Shown piece by piece: positions 36,952-47,200 of a stretch of 64,000 bases of DNA. The DNA is from a virus. Taxonomy: Duplodnaviria; Caudoviricetes. The notes beneath the pieces were generated by a model. That model ran no database searches and had not been told where the DNA came from. It saw nothing but the letters and a program-made list of their open reading frames with translations. Location: IMG/VR virus record IMGVR_UViG_3300013212_000088, positions 128,001 through 192,000 of that record. One strand, written 5' to 3'. How positions within the stretch are numbered: position 1 is the first letter of the stretch; every line of letters starts with the position of its first letter. The position numbers were made by a program, and so were the translations under genes.

Positions 36952-37384
36952 TTTTGTATCTTCCTATTACATCAGAGCATATACCATAACACATAGAAAT
37001 ATCAGAATAAGAATGGTTTTCTGGCATTACACATATAGAGCCTTGAATTAAATCTTCTCCAGTGTAAGTCCAAATGCGCCCTTTAGAAGTTAAAGTGTAA
37101 TTGTCATTCTGGTGCCAAAAGTATTCACTCTTCATATCAGCTTTACTCATAAAAAGTAAGGCTTCTTTATTTTTACAGTGAACAAATAGCTTGTCATTAT
37201 TTAAGAAGTCTAATTCAATTTTATAAACAGGTTTGTCATGACCTAAAAATAAATTATCTTCAATTACATAAAGATCTATTTCTACGTGATAACCCAAACC
37301 AATAGCCCTAATTATATAATCAGGGCTATTTTCATTTTGCTCATTTATAGAAGTGACGTTACCTCTATGAGAAATTAAAACCAT
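36935..37384 (-). CDS. Short GDPD/PLC-like phosphodiesterase-fold protein
   Basis: 'ISHRGN..EN', 'VEIDL', 'LGHD', 'HCKN', 'GICSD' follow the glycerophosphodiesterase motif order. Confidence 0.65.
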   Translation of the reverse strand: MVLISHRGNVTSINEQNENSPDYIIRAIGLGYHVEIDLYVIEDNLFLGHDKPVYKIELDFLNNDKLFVHCKNKEALLFMSKADMKSEYFWHQNDNYTLTSKGRIWTYTGEDLIQGSICVMPENHSYSDISMCYGICSDVIGRYKTMGLD

Positions 37385-38043
37385 TATCTTTTCTTTGCTA
37401 GTGTATCAAATTGGGTAATTACCAACTTGTATCCTAATAATTGTAGTCTTTTAGTTAGCAAAGCTACATCTGCCTTATCTGAATGAGAATTAGATTCAAA
37501 ATAAATCTGATCTGGGCACTTATCATACTCAACAAAGTAATCTAAAGCTGCATTTACTAATTTACAATCATATCCCTCAACATCAACCTTTAAATACTTA
37601 ATATAACCAATTTCATATTCATCAACTAAGTTTTTAAAGGTAAGACATTTAACTGTGTCTACATTTACCATGCCCAATTCCAAAAGGTTGTAGGTAGTAA
37701 ACTTAGACTTGTCTTCAGCTAGATGCCATTCGTAAGGATTGTAGTAGTAAGCCACATGAAAATCATGAGGTTTATTCACAGTATTACAGCCAGCCAACCA
37801 ACCCCCTAAATTATGTTTATTAATTACATCTTCATGTACATAATAGAAAACAATTGTTCCATCACCCAAATCTTCATCTGACACCAAAGCTGCATTAACT
37901 TTGACTACATTTGGCTTATCTGGCAATTTATCTTGATACATTTTAATTGGCTCAACAGACAATCCAACAGTATTATCATCAGCCTTTTCAATCAAGGTAT
38001 CAAAAAAACAAGTCCCAACCTCTACAAAGTCGTAAGTTTTCAT
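37384..38043 (-). CDS. FkbM-like methyltransferase
   Basis: 'FVEVGT', 'SVEP', 'VNAAL', 'YLKVDVEGYD', 'IYFE'. Confidence 0.75.
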   Translation of the reverse strand: MKTYDFVEVGTCFFDTLIEKADDNTVGLSVEPIKMYQDKLPDKPNVVKVNAALVSDEDLGDGTIVFYYVHEDVINKHNLGGWLAGCNTVNKPHDFHVAYYYNPYEWHLAEDKSKFTTYNLLELGMVNVDTVKCLTFKNLVDEYEIGYIKYLKVDVEGYDCKLVNAALDYFVEYDKCPDQIYFESNSHSDKADVALLTKRLQLLGYKLVITQFDTLAKKR

Positions 38044-39215
38044 TCAACTAGGCCCCACTTGTTAATTGCTTGAAGATATTCATTTTCAAAAGTTTTATCG
38101 ATAGCCTGTCTCATAGCTTTAGCTCCTGCAACTGTTCCTGAAGGATGACCATGTAGCGCTCCACCACAATTTGCAAGGTAATTGATTCCAAACTTTTCAG
38201 TGATAGTATTGACAATTCCAGGGTGCATTCCACAAGACAATGCTGGAACTACATTTCTAGAGTGCAAAATACCCATAGTGTTTTTAAGATCGTTTTCATC
38301 ATCACTTGCGTAGCCGCCCCACATTCCAGTATGAATAAAGTCAACGCCCATTAAACCTGCTAAGTAGCAAATTACACTCCAATCAATATGAAAAGCATGC
38401 TTCTTGTTTGTAAGGATCTTATCGCCACTCTTTTGGAAGTGCATAAACAATGGAAGGTCTAATTCTCTTACAGACTTGTAAACACCCATTCCTGACCAGA
38501 AATTGATGTGAATACCGTTCCCGCCCTCTTGATGAATAAACTTAACTCTATCAAGTATGTGAGCTGGATCTGCATTGACACAGAAACAGTAAACTACATT
38601 CTTATCTCTAATGTATTCCGAGATAATAGGAACTCTTTCTTCTAATCTACATACTTCAGGGTTGGACATGATTTCATCTTCCTTGATGAAATTAACTCCA
38701 CCCTCAACCATTTCTTTTACCATATCGAGAAGAATACCAGGGCTCATTCCAGTTTTAGGCTTGCAGATACCGCCTAATAATGGTCTATTATGTGACTTGG
38801 TAAATTCTCTTGCACCAGTAATACCAAACTTAGGTAATTTAAAATATTTATCAATTACCCAATTAGGAATAATAAGATTTTCGAGCCAACATGTTTCAAT
38901 AGTGTCAATGTCTAACTGTCCACCCATCAAAAAACATAGAAGTTGAGAAATACCATCCGTAGAAAAGTCAATATTTGTTACAGGAAATCCAATTTCAACA
39001 CGACCAGAGTTAAGCTCAAGGTCTGAACAATTTTTTACAACACAAGAATGATTGTAAAATAACTCATCTGTTTCTCTTTCAAGTCTTACTAAAGGATTGC
39101 CAACGCTCTGGCCAATTGCAAGATTCCATGCAGCATCCCTTACGCCTTTTGAAGATTCTAAAAAATAAAATCCTTTGATATATCTTTCAGAATCAATTTC
39201 ATCTACAAAAATCAT
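38040..39215 (-). CDS. RuBisCO-like protein (form IV)
   Basis: 'GGICKPKTG', 'GGVNFIKEDE', 'DFIHTG', 'PALSCGMHPG', 'CGGALHGHP'; loop-6 Lys missing ('MWGGY') and the His294 equivalent replaced by Gln. Confidence 0.9.
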   Translation of the reverse strand: MIFVDEIDSERYIKGFYFLESSKGVRDAAWNLAIGQSVGNPLVRLERETDELFYNHSCVVKNCSDLELNSGRVEIGFPVTNIDFSTDGISQLLCFLMGGQLDIDTIETCWLENLIIPNWVIDKYFKLPKFGITGAREFTKSHNRPLLGGICKPKTGMSPGILLDMVKEMVEGGVNFIKEDEIMSNPEVCRLEERVPIISEYIRDKNVVYCFCVNADPAHILDRVKFIHQEGGNGIHINFWSGMGVYKSVRELDLPLFMHFQKSGDKILTNKKHAFHIDWSVICYLAGLMGVDFIHTGMWGGYASDDENDLKNTMGILHSRNVVPALSCGMHPGIVNTITEKFGINYLANCGGALHGHPSGTVAGAKAMRQAIDKTFENEYLQAINKWGLVE

Positions 39216-39538
39216 TCTTTCACCTCATATTTATCCCCAGGAACAGATGGAGACTTTACACATACAATTGTACAGTCTTCAAGAAATTCTGGTTGTGCAA
39301 TTTCATTTTTTTCAATTAAAAATATACTACCTGGGCTTAAACTTTTACCATTAATAATCATTTTACCCGATATCAAAACATTGACTTCAACTGCTTCTTT
39401 GTGATAATGCTTGGGCCACTCTTCACCTTTTGGATGAAATAAAACACCAACCTCAAACTTATCAGTCTTGTAAATGGATGGGTCAAAGTTTCCTATAAAC
39501 CAACCCCTAAACATATTTTCTAAGTTATCAATTATCAT
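39212..39538 (-). CDS. Cupin-fold protein
   Basis: 'HYHKEAVEVNVLISGKM..PGSIF' cupin motif; ATGA-coupled start at 39538. Confidence 0.75.
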   Translation of the reverse strand: MIIDNLENMFRGWFIGNFDPSIYKTDKFEVGVLFHPKGEEWPKHYHKEAVEVNVLISGKMIINGKSLSPGSIFLIEKNEIAQPEFLEDCTIVCVKSPSVPGDKYEVKE

Positions 39539-40143
39539 CTTTTTGTAATAAAAGTCATTCCCCAATCAGTTTTTTCAACACATCTTTTGGAAATTTCATA
39601 TTTATCATTTTTTAAATTATTCACTAAATTTGTAGGTCCAGGATGAAAATTGGTGTCATGAAAAGCAATTATTCCATCTTTAGAAAGTAATTCAATATAT
39701 CGCCAGTCATTTAAAACTTGATTAATACTTGCCCAGCTATCAATAAAAATAAAATCAAATTCTTCAACACTGTGAGACTTAGCAAAACTTAAAACTTCCT
39801 CAATATTAGATGAATCAGTGGTTATGGTAAAAACATTATTTTTGATGTCATTCAAATCTGACTTATCTTTTATGTCTACTCCAAAATATTTAGTAGATGT
39901 GAGTTTGCTGTCAAGTAAAAGCTTAGTAAATGATCTGTCTGACCTATTACCAACACCTATTTCTAAAATTGAATTACAGTTATTCCTTATCGTCCCGAAA
40001 TAATGTATCAAAATACTTATATTTGCATCTGATACTTCTTTAGGAGGCTCAAATGTAGTAGGCCAATCAGAATCATCATGGTCAGTATATGTTCTAATTT
40101 CTTTATATAAATCTCTTTTAATTAATTCATCAATAGTTATCAT
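39535..40143 (-). CDS. Class I SAM-dependent methyltransferase-like protein
   Basis: 'ILEIGVG', 'GVDI', 'FDFIFID', 'IAFHDT'. Confidence 0.75.
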   Translation of the reverse strand: MITIDELIKRDLYKEIRTYTDHDDSDWPTTFEPPKEVSDANISILIHYFGTIRNNCNSILEIGVGNRSDRSFTKLLLDSKLTSTKYFGVDIKDKSDLNDIKNNVFTITTDSSNIEEVLSFAKSHSVEEFDFIFIDSWASINQVLNDWRYIELLSKDGIIAFHDTNFHPGPTNLVNNLKNDKYEISKRCVEKTDWGMTFITKR

Positions 40144-40852
40144 TTGGGTTTTCCTTTAAAAACAAATCCAAATCTTCTTCAGTGCCTATAGCCCAATGCT
40201 GGCAATTAGGAATATGATAGATACCAACTTTATATCCACCTTCTACTAATTTATTATACGAAGGACCAATGTAAAACTCACCATTCGGAGCTCTTTCATT
40301 AGAAGCAATCATAGAATTAGCACTTTCTACAAAATATCTTCCTGATTTCCAAAAGTGTATTCCATTCAAAGAAATGTTACTTATTATTTGCTTCTCTTGG
40401 ATTTCTGTTACATTGCCTGATTTATCTAATTTAGCGTAACTGTTTTTATTCGTGTCTGCAAAATAAGTAACAACAAAACCATCTTTAGGATAGTTGTTAC
40501 AAAAAGATTGAAATGTTTTTTTATCCCAATGCATTATTTGATCGCAGTTGGTTATAATTAAAGGTTCTGAATTATTGATTAAATCTTTAGCTAATAAAGC
40601 AGTACAAGCTGGGCCTTCTGTCAAATGATCAACAGAAATAACAGTGCAATTACAAATCGAATGCAGTATTTCATCAACCTTATAATCTCTAATATGCTCT
40701 TCTTTAACAATAAATATATAATTACCATCAATTCCTAAAGATTTGATTACAGCCTCAATCATATACTCGTTGTTGAATTTTATAAGGGGTTTGGGTACTT
40801 TACTATTTGGAAATCTACTTCCTAGACCAGCCATAGGAATTAAAATATTCAT
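40130..40852 (-). CDS. Sugar-phosphate nucleotidyltransferase (NTP_transferase family)
   Basis: 'ILIPMAGLGSRF..PKPLI', 'TEGPACT', 'NCDQ', 'EKQ', 'NGEFY', 'GTEEDL'. Confidence 0.85.
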   Translation of the reverse strand: MNILIPMAGLGSRFPNSKVPKPLIKFNNEYMIEAVIKSLGIDGNYIFIVKEEHIRDYKVDEILHSICNCTVISVDHLTEGPACTALLAKDLINNSEPLIITNCDQIMHWDKKTFQSFCNNYPKDGFVVTYFADTNKNSYAKLDKSGNVTEIQEKQIISNISLNGIHFWKSGRYFVESANSMIASNERAPNGEFYIGPSYNKLVEGGYKVGIYHIPNCQHWAIGTEEDLDLFLKENPNDNY

Positions 40853-40882
40853 AATTATATTTTACCACTTATAAAAAGACAC

Positions 40883-40916
40883 AAAAAAACAGGGGAAGAA
40901 AAATCTTCCCCTGTTT
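40883..40916 (-). terminator. Intrinsic terminator after the major capsid gene
   Basis: aaacaggggaaga-aaaa-tcttcccctgttt followed by a T-run on the minus strand. Confidence 0.85.
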
Positions 40917-40923
40917 AATATTA

Positions 40924-40956
40924 ATAATAGGGGAAGAATAAATCTTACCCTATTAT
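40924..40956 (-). terminator. Second, related hairpin between capsid stop and main terminator
   Basis: ataataggggaaga-ataaa-tcttaccctattat (one mismatch); shares the ggggaaga/tctt core with the hairpin at 40887. Confidence 0.5.
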
Positions 40957-40975
40957 AGTTAACCATGCTATGGTT

Positions 40976-41830
40976 TTAACTGACTGTAATTTTACTCACA
41001 GCAAAATCGTTGATGAGAGCAAATCCGAGCTCTTCGTAAACAACCCATCCGAGACGAAGTCTCTTTGGATCGTCAGCTGGAAGAACGGTAATGTCTTGGC
41101 GAACTGGCATTGCACCAACGAATTGGGCAGGTGCTAGGACGTAGACAGCGTTCTTAGGAACCATGGTGCTGACGTGGATGTCTGCAGAGTAGATATGGCC
41201 GTAGAGACCGGTCATAAGGATGTCTCTTTGAGTTGCCTCATCGAAGAATTCCTTACCCCAGTTTCTGATATCCTTGTATCTTTGTGGGTGAAGAACAACC
41301 TTAGCACCGATGAGTTCGTGCTCTTCAATGAGAGTCAACGCAAGGTTGATGTTCTCTGGTTGAAGAGTACCGGAAACACTGATGGATTGGTCGGTTGGAA
41401 CACCGGCATTGATGACCTTGAAGACTTCAGTATCTTCTTGTCTTTGGAGGGAGTCCTTAGCACGGACTTGAGCTCTATCGACAATGTAGAATCTTCTTTG
41501 GCGAATCTCATTGAGTCTGATTTGTGGGTGAGCAGCAAGTTCAATTGTTGGAACGAGGAGCTCTTCAGCTTCGACTTCTGCGGATGGAACACCACCACGC
41601 TTAGGAATGACGTAGGACTTTACAGCAACGTCTCTTTCGTAGCGAGCAAGTGCGCCTTGTGGAAGCTCATCGACCATCAATAACTTACGACCAATTGCTT
41701 GGTACATAAGGGAGGTCTTGATTGGCTCGACCATAGCTTGTGCAAGAGCTGTACGACCTTCAGCGGTCTCGAGCGCCATTGCAATAATGGCCTCTCTTTG
41801 CTCGTTTGAGTTTCTCTTAATCATTGACAT
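40976..41830 (-). CDS. Major capsid protein (compact HK97 fold)
   Basis: 'ALAQAMVEPIK..YQAIGRKLLMVDELPQG', 'RAKDSLQRQEDTEVF', 'GWVVYEELGFALINDFAV'; last gene of the portal-protease-scaffold run; strong SD and C-ending codon bias. Confidence 0.8.
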   Translation of the reverse strand: MSMIKRNSNEQREAIIAMALETAEGRTALAQAMVEPIKTSLMYQAIGRKLLMVDELPQGALARYERDVAVKSYVIPKRGGVPSAEVEAEELLVPTIELAAHPQIRLNEIRQRRFYIVDRAQVRAKDSLQRQEDTEVFKVINAGVPTDQSISVSGTLQPENINLALTLIEEHELIGAKVVLHPQRYKDIRNWGKEFFDEATQRDILMTGLYGHIYSADIHVSTMVPKNAVYVLAPAQFVGAMPVRQDITVLPADDPKRLRLGWVVYEELGFALINDFAVSKITVS

Positions 41831-41858
41831 TTTATTTTCTCCTTTTAAGTCCTAACTA

Positions 41859-42494
41859 TTAGATGGCTCTCTCGAAGTAAGCTTGGGTGAAGTAGAGTAA
41901 GCCAGCAGCTGAGTCATACTTGTCAACAATACCTACAACTGGGCCATGCGCCTTGTTTGCTAATTCAACCATCTTGCCACTGTCATCAACAGCAACAGTA
42001 AGGTAAGCACCTGGAGCATATGTAGCGGTAGAACCGTCTGTACCAGCAGCTGAAGTAGCTGCAGAGGTAAATTGGTCGGTAACGAATTGTCCACCTGGGG
42101 TGTTAAATACGCCAACGCCTCTTCTTGGACCTTCGTAGCCTGAAGATTGTGCAGAAAGATTGGTAACGCCATTAACGTTTTCAGCTTGGAAATCGCCAAT
42201 TGCTCTCTTTGCAGCAACGTAGAAGCCGTTGTTGTTTGATTGGAAGACACCGGAACCATCGATGTAGTTGGAACCAACTGGATCAGCAAGGATCATGGTG
42301 TTGTCGGTTCTTGCAGTATCATCTGCGGAGAAACCAACGAAGCCGCCAACGATAGCGCCAGAAGCTCTATCAGCTAAAACTACTCTACCAACATTGGATG
42401 TATCACGAGCTAAACAAGCTCCAGCATGCCATGAAGCATTAGCTGCTGTATCGTAATTTGCAACGATGACTGAATTTAATGCACGAATTGCCAT
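41859..42494 (-). CDS. Putative capsid decoration/cement protein
   Basis: Ala/Gly-rich 211 aa just upstream of the capsid gene with the same codon bias; 'YAPGAYLTV..GKM..VVGIV'. Confidence 0.55.
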   Translation of the reverse strand: MAIRALNSVIVANYDTAANASWHAGACLARDTSNVGRVVLADRASGAIVGGFVGFSADDTARTDNTMILADPVGSNYIDGSGVFQSNNNGFYVAAKRAIGDFQAENVNGVTNLSAQSSGYEGPRRGVGVFNTPGGQFVTDQFTSAATSAAGTDGSTATYAPGAYLTVAVDDSGKMVELANKAHGPVVGIVDKYDSAAGLLYFTQAYFERAI

Positions 42495-42526
42495 TTTTTT
42501 ATTCTCCTAAAATTAATTTGTGAGGA

Positions 42527-44128
42527 CTAATCCTCGATTTGTGGCATTGACCAAGTACCCTTAAGGGCAGCTTGGATGTCAAGAGCTGCACTATTGGACG
42601 AACCATAAAGTGCAGGGGAAGTAGAAATACCCATCGTGGAGGCAGTTCTAACATTGAGTCTTTCTGCAGATGCTGCAGCAACACGCTCTGCGGATGCTTG
42701 GGCTGATCTGAGAAGTAATTGGGTGTTTTTGATCATAACGTCTGCTCTGATACCATCTTCGAGAAGTTGGCCAGCATAGTCGTCTGTTTCATTGGAATTG
42801 ATAATTCCAGCTAATGCTAATTTGGTTGCACAGGAATAAGCTGCCTTAATTCTTGCTGTATCAACTGAAACGCTTGCTTTGATACCATCAGGCATCATTT
42901 CTTTAACTTCAGTTGCAGTATTGTTTTGTTCAACTAAGCCATCAACTAATGTTTTGGTTGTTTCACCATCGGCTGCTGATTCAACTTTCTTACCAGAACA
43001 TGTTTCACACTCAGCCATTTCAGCTTCAGCTTCAGTCATGCTTTTTCTTGTTCCACATTTTTCACACTTGTAAGCATGTTTCATGCCTGCTTCATGTTCA
43101 TCTTTTTGTGCAACAGTTGTTTTACGTGCTTGAAGATCCATTTCAGATGGAATCTCAAAACCCTTTAATTTAGCTTCGCCTGTAGTAGGAACTACACGGT
43201 CCATTTGCTTCCAATCTACTTCGTACTCAAAGTCTGAACTCTCTCCAGAACCTTCGAATCCAACAGCATCCATGGAATCCTTGAATTGAAGATTTTTAGG
43301 GTTCTTAGTAGGAACCTTTGTCTTAGCGAAATCTGGGTTTTCACCCTTCATTGAGTTTTCGCCATCTAACTTCATGGTTGGATACTTCATTTCACCTGGA
43401 TACTGATTCATTTCGTCACTGTATTTAAAACTGCCTGACGCCTCAACATGCTCCTCTTCAGAAGCAAATTTGCGAAGGATCTCTTCTCTCTCCGCACGGC
43501 GAGCAGCTAATGATTGTCTATTCATTTTGTTGTCTCTCCTGCTATTTTTATGCATTTGGCTCTCATCGGAATTAACTTCCATATCATCATCATCTGAGTC
43601 CATGTCCATTTCTTCTGACATATCGTCGTCTTCCATGTCCATATCTTCATCAGAATCATTTCCGCCTAATACCCTGTCAAGCGCCTCTTGCACTGCCTTT
43701 TGTGCGGCGTCAACCATATCAGCGGGAACTTCAATTTCAAAAGTTGCGATATCGTTATCTTCTACTTCGCTTGCTTCTTCATCATCTTCATCAATATTTA
43801 AATCATTAGCACCATCTAATGGCATGTCTTCTTCGTCATCGTTAGTCATTTCTTTTGCGAAGTCTGCAGTCTCTTCATGGCTGTCATCAAGGTTTAAAAA
43901 TCCACCAGATGTCTCTTTTGTAAAGCCTGCCTCTCTTGCAAGATTTGGAAGATACTTTGCTCTGATAGCTTTAGCCACTGCAATTGCTTCACTTTCATTA
44001 AGTGATGCAGTGCGTTGCATGTCTGCTACACATGTTTGGAAATCTTCCTTATCGGTTGCTTTCAATTCGGCTAAACGAAGAGCGACAAATTTATCTTGAA
44101 TACCAGCTGTCTTCGTACTATTTTTCAT
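42527..44128 (-). CDS. Putative scaffolding protein (acidic, with zinc finger)
   Basis: Position between protease and capsid genes; D/E-rich low-complexity tract; CEKC..CETC. Confidence 0.55.
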   Translation of the reverse strand: MKNSTKTAGIQDKFVALRLAELKATDKEDFQTCVADMQRTASLNESEAIAVAKAIRAKYLPNLAREAGFTKETSGGFLNLDDSHEETADFAKEMTNDDEEDMPLDGANDLNIDEDDEEASEVEDNDIATFEIEVPADMVDAAQKAVQEALDRVLGGNDSDEDMDMEDDDMSEEMDMDSDDDDMEVNSDESQMHKNSRRDNKMNRQSLAARRAEREEILRKFASEEEHVEASGSFKYSDEMNQYPGEMKYPTMKLDGENSMKGENPDFAKTKVPTKNPKNLQFKDSMDAVGFEGSGESSDFEYEVDWKQMDRVVPTTGEAKLKGFEIPSEMDLQARKTTVAQKDEHEAGMKHAYKCEKCGTRKSMTEAEAEMAECETCSGKKVESAADGETTKTLVDGLVEQNNTATEVKEMMPDGIKASVSVDTARIKAAYSCATKLALAGIINSNETDDYAGQLLEDGIRADVMIKNTQLLLRSAQASAERVAAASAERLNVRTASTMGISTSPALYGSSNSAALDIQAALKGTWSMPQIED

Positions 44129-44160
44129 TTGTTTGTGCTGCTTCCCTCATTTATTCACGC

Positions 44161-44184
44161 TCAACTACTCGGCAAAGTAGTTGA
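44161..44184 (-). promoter_or_regulatory. Hairpin in the 5' leader of the scaffold-decoration-capsid transcript
   Basis: tcaactact-cggcaa-agtagttga, with no U-tract. Confidence 0.45.
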
Positions 44185-44198
44185 TATTAGTAAATACT

Positions 44199-44223
44199 TT
44201 CTTTAATAAAGTATTTTTTTCCT
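44199..44223 (-). promoter_or_regulatory. Candidate phage late promoter AGG-N18-AGAA
   Basis: AGG aaaaaaatactttattaa AGAA upstream of the scaffold gene; overlapped by an inverted repeat aaatacttt..aaagtattt (44192-44216). Confidence 0.6.
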
Positions 44224-44245
44224 TCTTTAGTTTTAACTTTTACAA

Positions 44246-44284
44246 TAAAATAGGGAACTATTTATTGGATAATTCCCTATTTTT
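44246..44284 (-). terminator. Terminator-like hairpin after the protease gene
   Basis: taaaatagggaa..ttccctatttt with a long loop, just past the protease stop. Confidence 0.55.
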
Positions 44285-44299
44285 ACTATATTTTAAGTA

Positions 44300-47200
44300 T
44301 TAGTCAATCCAAGTAATTGTAACGTCAAGTTTGCTTGGATTTTTCTTGTTTTGAGCAACGGTGGTTTTGGAAATATTTCCGCAAGAATGGCAGAAAGAAG
44401 TATCCTTAACCTTGTTAGCTTCTCTATTACCGCACTTAGGGCAGACCATACCAATTGGCAATCTTCTAGATGCTGTTCTGGTAAATCCTTCCTTTGCAGT
44501 TTCAAGATAAACATCTGCATCAACTGTAGCTGCCAATCTAAATAAGCCCTTAACAGAAGCTGTAGCTGGTAAACCAGGCATACCTGGTGCAGGCGCTCCA
44601 GGAGCTGCAGGTGCAGGTGCACCCATAGGACCGCCAACTGGCGCTCCAGCAGCAGGATCTAAATCTCCCATACCACGCATTTCTCCCATATCTGCCTCTG
44701 GTTCTTCATCCTTCTCGCCTTGTCCGCCTGTTCCATCAGAAATAAGCTTTAAGGACATTTGAATCTCATAAGTAGATCCACATGAATTACAGGAACCCTT
44801 TGATTCAGCAACATCTACATCATCAGAACCACAAACTGGGCAAACAGTACCCCATGGTTTCTTGTCACCAGGTTCCGACATTGCATCCATGTCTTCACCA
44901 ATAGGGGCATCTGCTGCCATTGGGTCTGTGGTCATAGCAGAAATGCCTGCTCCATTAAATGCTCCAGCGTTCATACCCATGTCAGGTGCTGCAGGAGCGG
45001 CCATTCCACCACCCATACCTTGTCCTGGAGCAGCCATTTGAGCATATCTATTTAAGATTCTGCTTCTTCTTTCATTTCTTGCCATTCTAGCTTCTTCAGT
45101 CATGAGAACTTGTGGTTCACCCATTTCTTCTTCAGGGCCAATTTCTCCACCAACCATAGGAACTTCAGAAACACTTTGTGCAGAGAATGATTTTGATGTT
45201 CTGGAAGATACGGTTGCAGTAATGTCACCATAAGCAGAAACGTTCAAATCTGTGAATGAGAATGTGTTAGGATCTACTGTAAATCCATTGCCTTGAAGAA
45301 CTTCCATTGCTTTTTGTCTAAAAGCATCTTCAAATCCCTCATCATTTGGCTTAAGACCATCTAAATCTTCAGTTCTACAAACAAATCTAATTGAATCAGA
45401 TGTTTCATGAGTAACTTGCATTGCTGCTGTTCTTTCAGCATTTTGCTTTGTTTCAATAGCTTTAACAATTAACTTTTCAGCTAATTCACCATCAGATACA
45501 AGCTTCTTAGCAGCTGTTACAATTGATTTAGTTGAAAGGTTGAAATTAGTAGCATAATCTGCCAACCATCCAATAACATTTGTTGAAAGATCAGTTTTAG
45601 AAGCAACTCTTTCGCCCCAGAATTCTCTTCTAGCTCTTGATTTCAATCTTGCACTAGTAGCAGAAGCTGTTCTTGCTTTGTTAACCTCAGCAACCATGGC
45701 TTCTTCATCCATTTCTTCAACTTCTTCAGCAACTTCTTCTGCAGTCGCTCCTGCTTCTTCTGCAGACATTGCCATAGCAGAGATAACTGACTTTAAATCG
45801 TTCTTAGAAATTAAAGCATCTCCAGTAACATTGCCTCTAAGTGCAGTTCTGAGTTCTTCTGATTTGGAAACCTTAGCTTTTGCTTCAGATGTAGAACCTT
45901 TAGCATTTGACATTTTTAATTCAGCAAGTTTTGTTACAGATTCCATTGTAAAATCAACTTCACTGGCTGCAACTCTAAGTGCTTCAGCAAGATCACCAGC
46001 AGTTACTGTCTTAGAAACTTTATTTCCTAAGGATGCAAGTACAGCTGTTAAAGGTGAAGTTGAAACTCTTTCACTCTTAAAGAAATCTGCTTTAGATGCA
46101 AGTTTTGCACGAACACTTGTACCAGCTGATGCTGTTGCAATCATTTCAGGTAAAAGTTCTTCATTTGCAAGTTTTGTTGAAGCTTCTACAACTTCAGATG
46201 GTGTGGAGTATGATTCAACTACAGCTTCGCCTAATGCTTCAACTGTATGAACCATAACTTCATGAGCTGGAGCAGAACCTTCTACTCTACAGCATTCCAA
46301 TCTTTCGTTAAGTCCTTCTTCAGAAACACCCTTATTAGCTTGTGCAACTAATTCAGATAAAGCTTCTTTGACATCAGCATCATTTACTTTATGACCATAA
46401 AGGCCAGCTGAGGTTAATGCTTCTTCACCATACTCTGCATTATCTTTTCTTAAAGATTCTAAAGATTCTTCTCTAGTCTTATCAGCATTAGGATCTGCAT
46501 GCATTGTTGCAACTCCGTCAGCTAAAGTCTTATAAGGAACGCCTTTTCTTTCGCCCTTAAGTTCTAATTCTTTGACATCTTTATCCATGTGAGGGGCCTT
46601 GATTGCAGTTTTAACAAAATCTTTAAGAAGATCTGCTGCAACTCTAGCACCTTGACCACTTTCCATGGCAGAAAGTTGTTGTTCAGAAAGAATTGGTTCC
46701 CAGTTTGATCTATTACCATTAGTGAATCCGGTAATAGAACCATCTGTTGAAAGAACTAAACGATTACCAGCCCCATCCTCAACCTTAAAATCGATTGTAA
46801 CGGCGGCTGCTAATTTTTTGCGTTGTTCAGACGCTATCTTAGCAAAATGATCCATTTGATTATTTCCCTCCGCCCTAAGAGAATGGGGCGTATTGTTTCT
46901 AATATTTTTATTTCGTTCATTAGCAACTCTAATAACGTTTTGAGTAACAGAAGCAATAGATGTATTATCTGACAATGCTTCTTTGAATTGAATCAATCCC
47001 TTAGTTAGTTTTATAAATGAACTATCTTTGGGTTGAGTTGATGTGCTGGCAAAGACTTCTCTTCTGCCATCTTTAGATGCCCATACAAGATTATGTGATG
47101 AAGAAGCTAATGCAACAGCTCCTCCAACGCCTTGCTGTCCACTTGTAAATAATGCAGGCTCTATCATTCTGCCTACATTTCCTGCTGGCATATAATTGGC

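Noticed and set aside
38040-39215. Bona fide RuBisCO / phage CO2 fixation
   Set aside because: KEDE instead of KDDE, no loop-6 Lys334 and His294 replaced; no small subunit or PRK in the window. This is a form IV RLP.
40976-41830. Encapsulin nanocompartment
   Set aside because: The compact HK97-type shell protein sits in a terminase-portal-protease-scaffold run, so it is best read as the viral capsid.
41174-46850. Long + strand ORFs opposite the head genes (41174, 42268, 42879, 42913, 43470, 45678, 46665)
   Set aside because: Antisense shadows of strongly codon-biased minus-strand genes; Ser-rich low-complexity translations with no SD or motifs.
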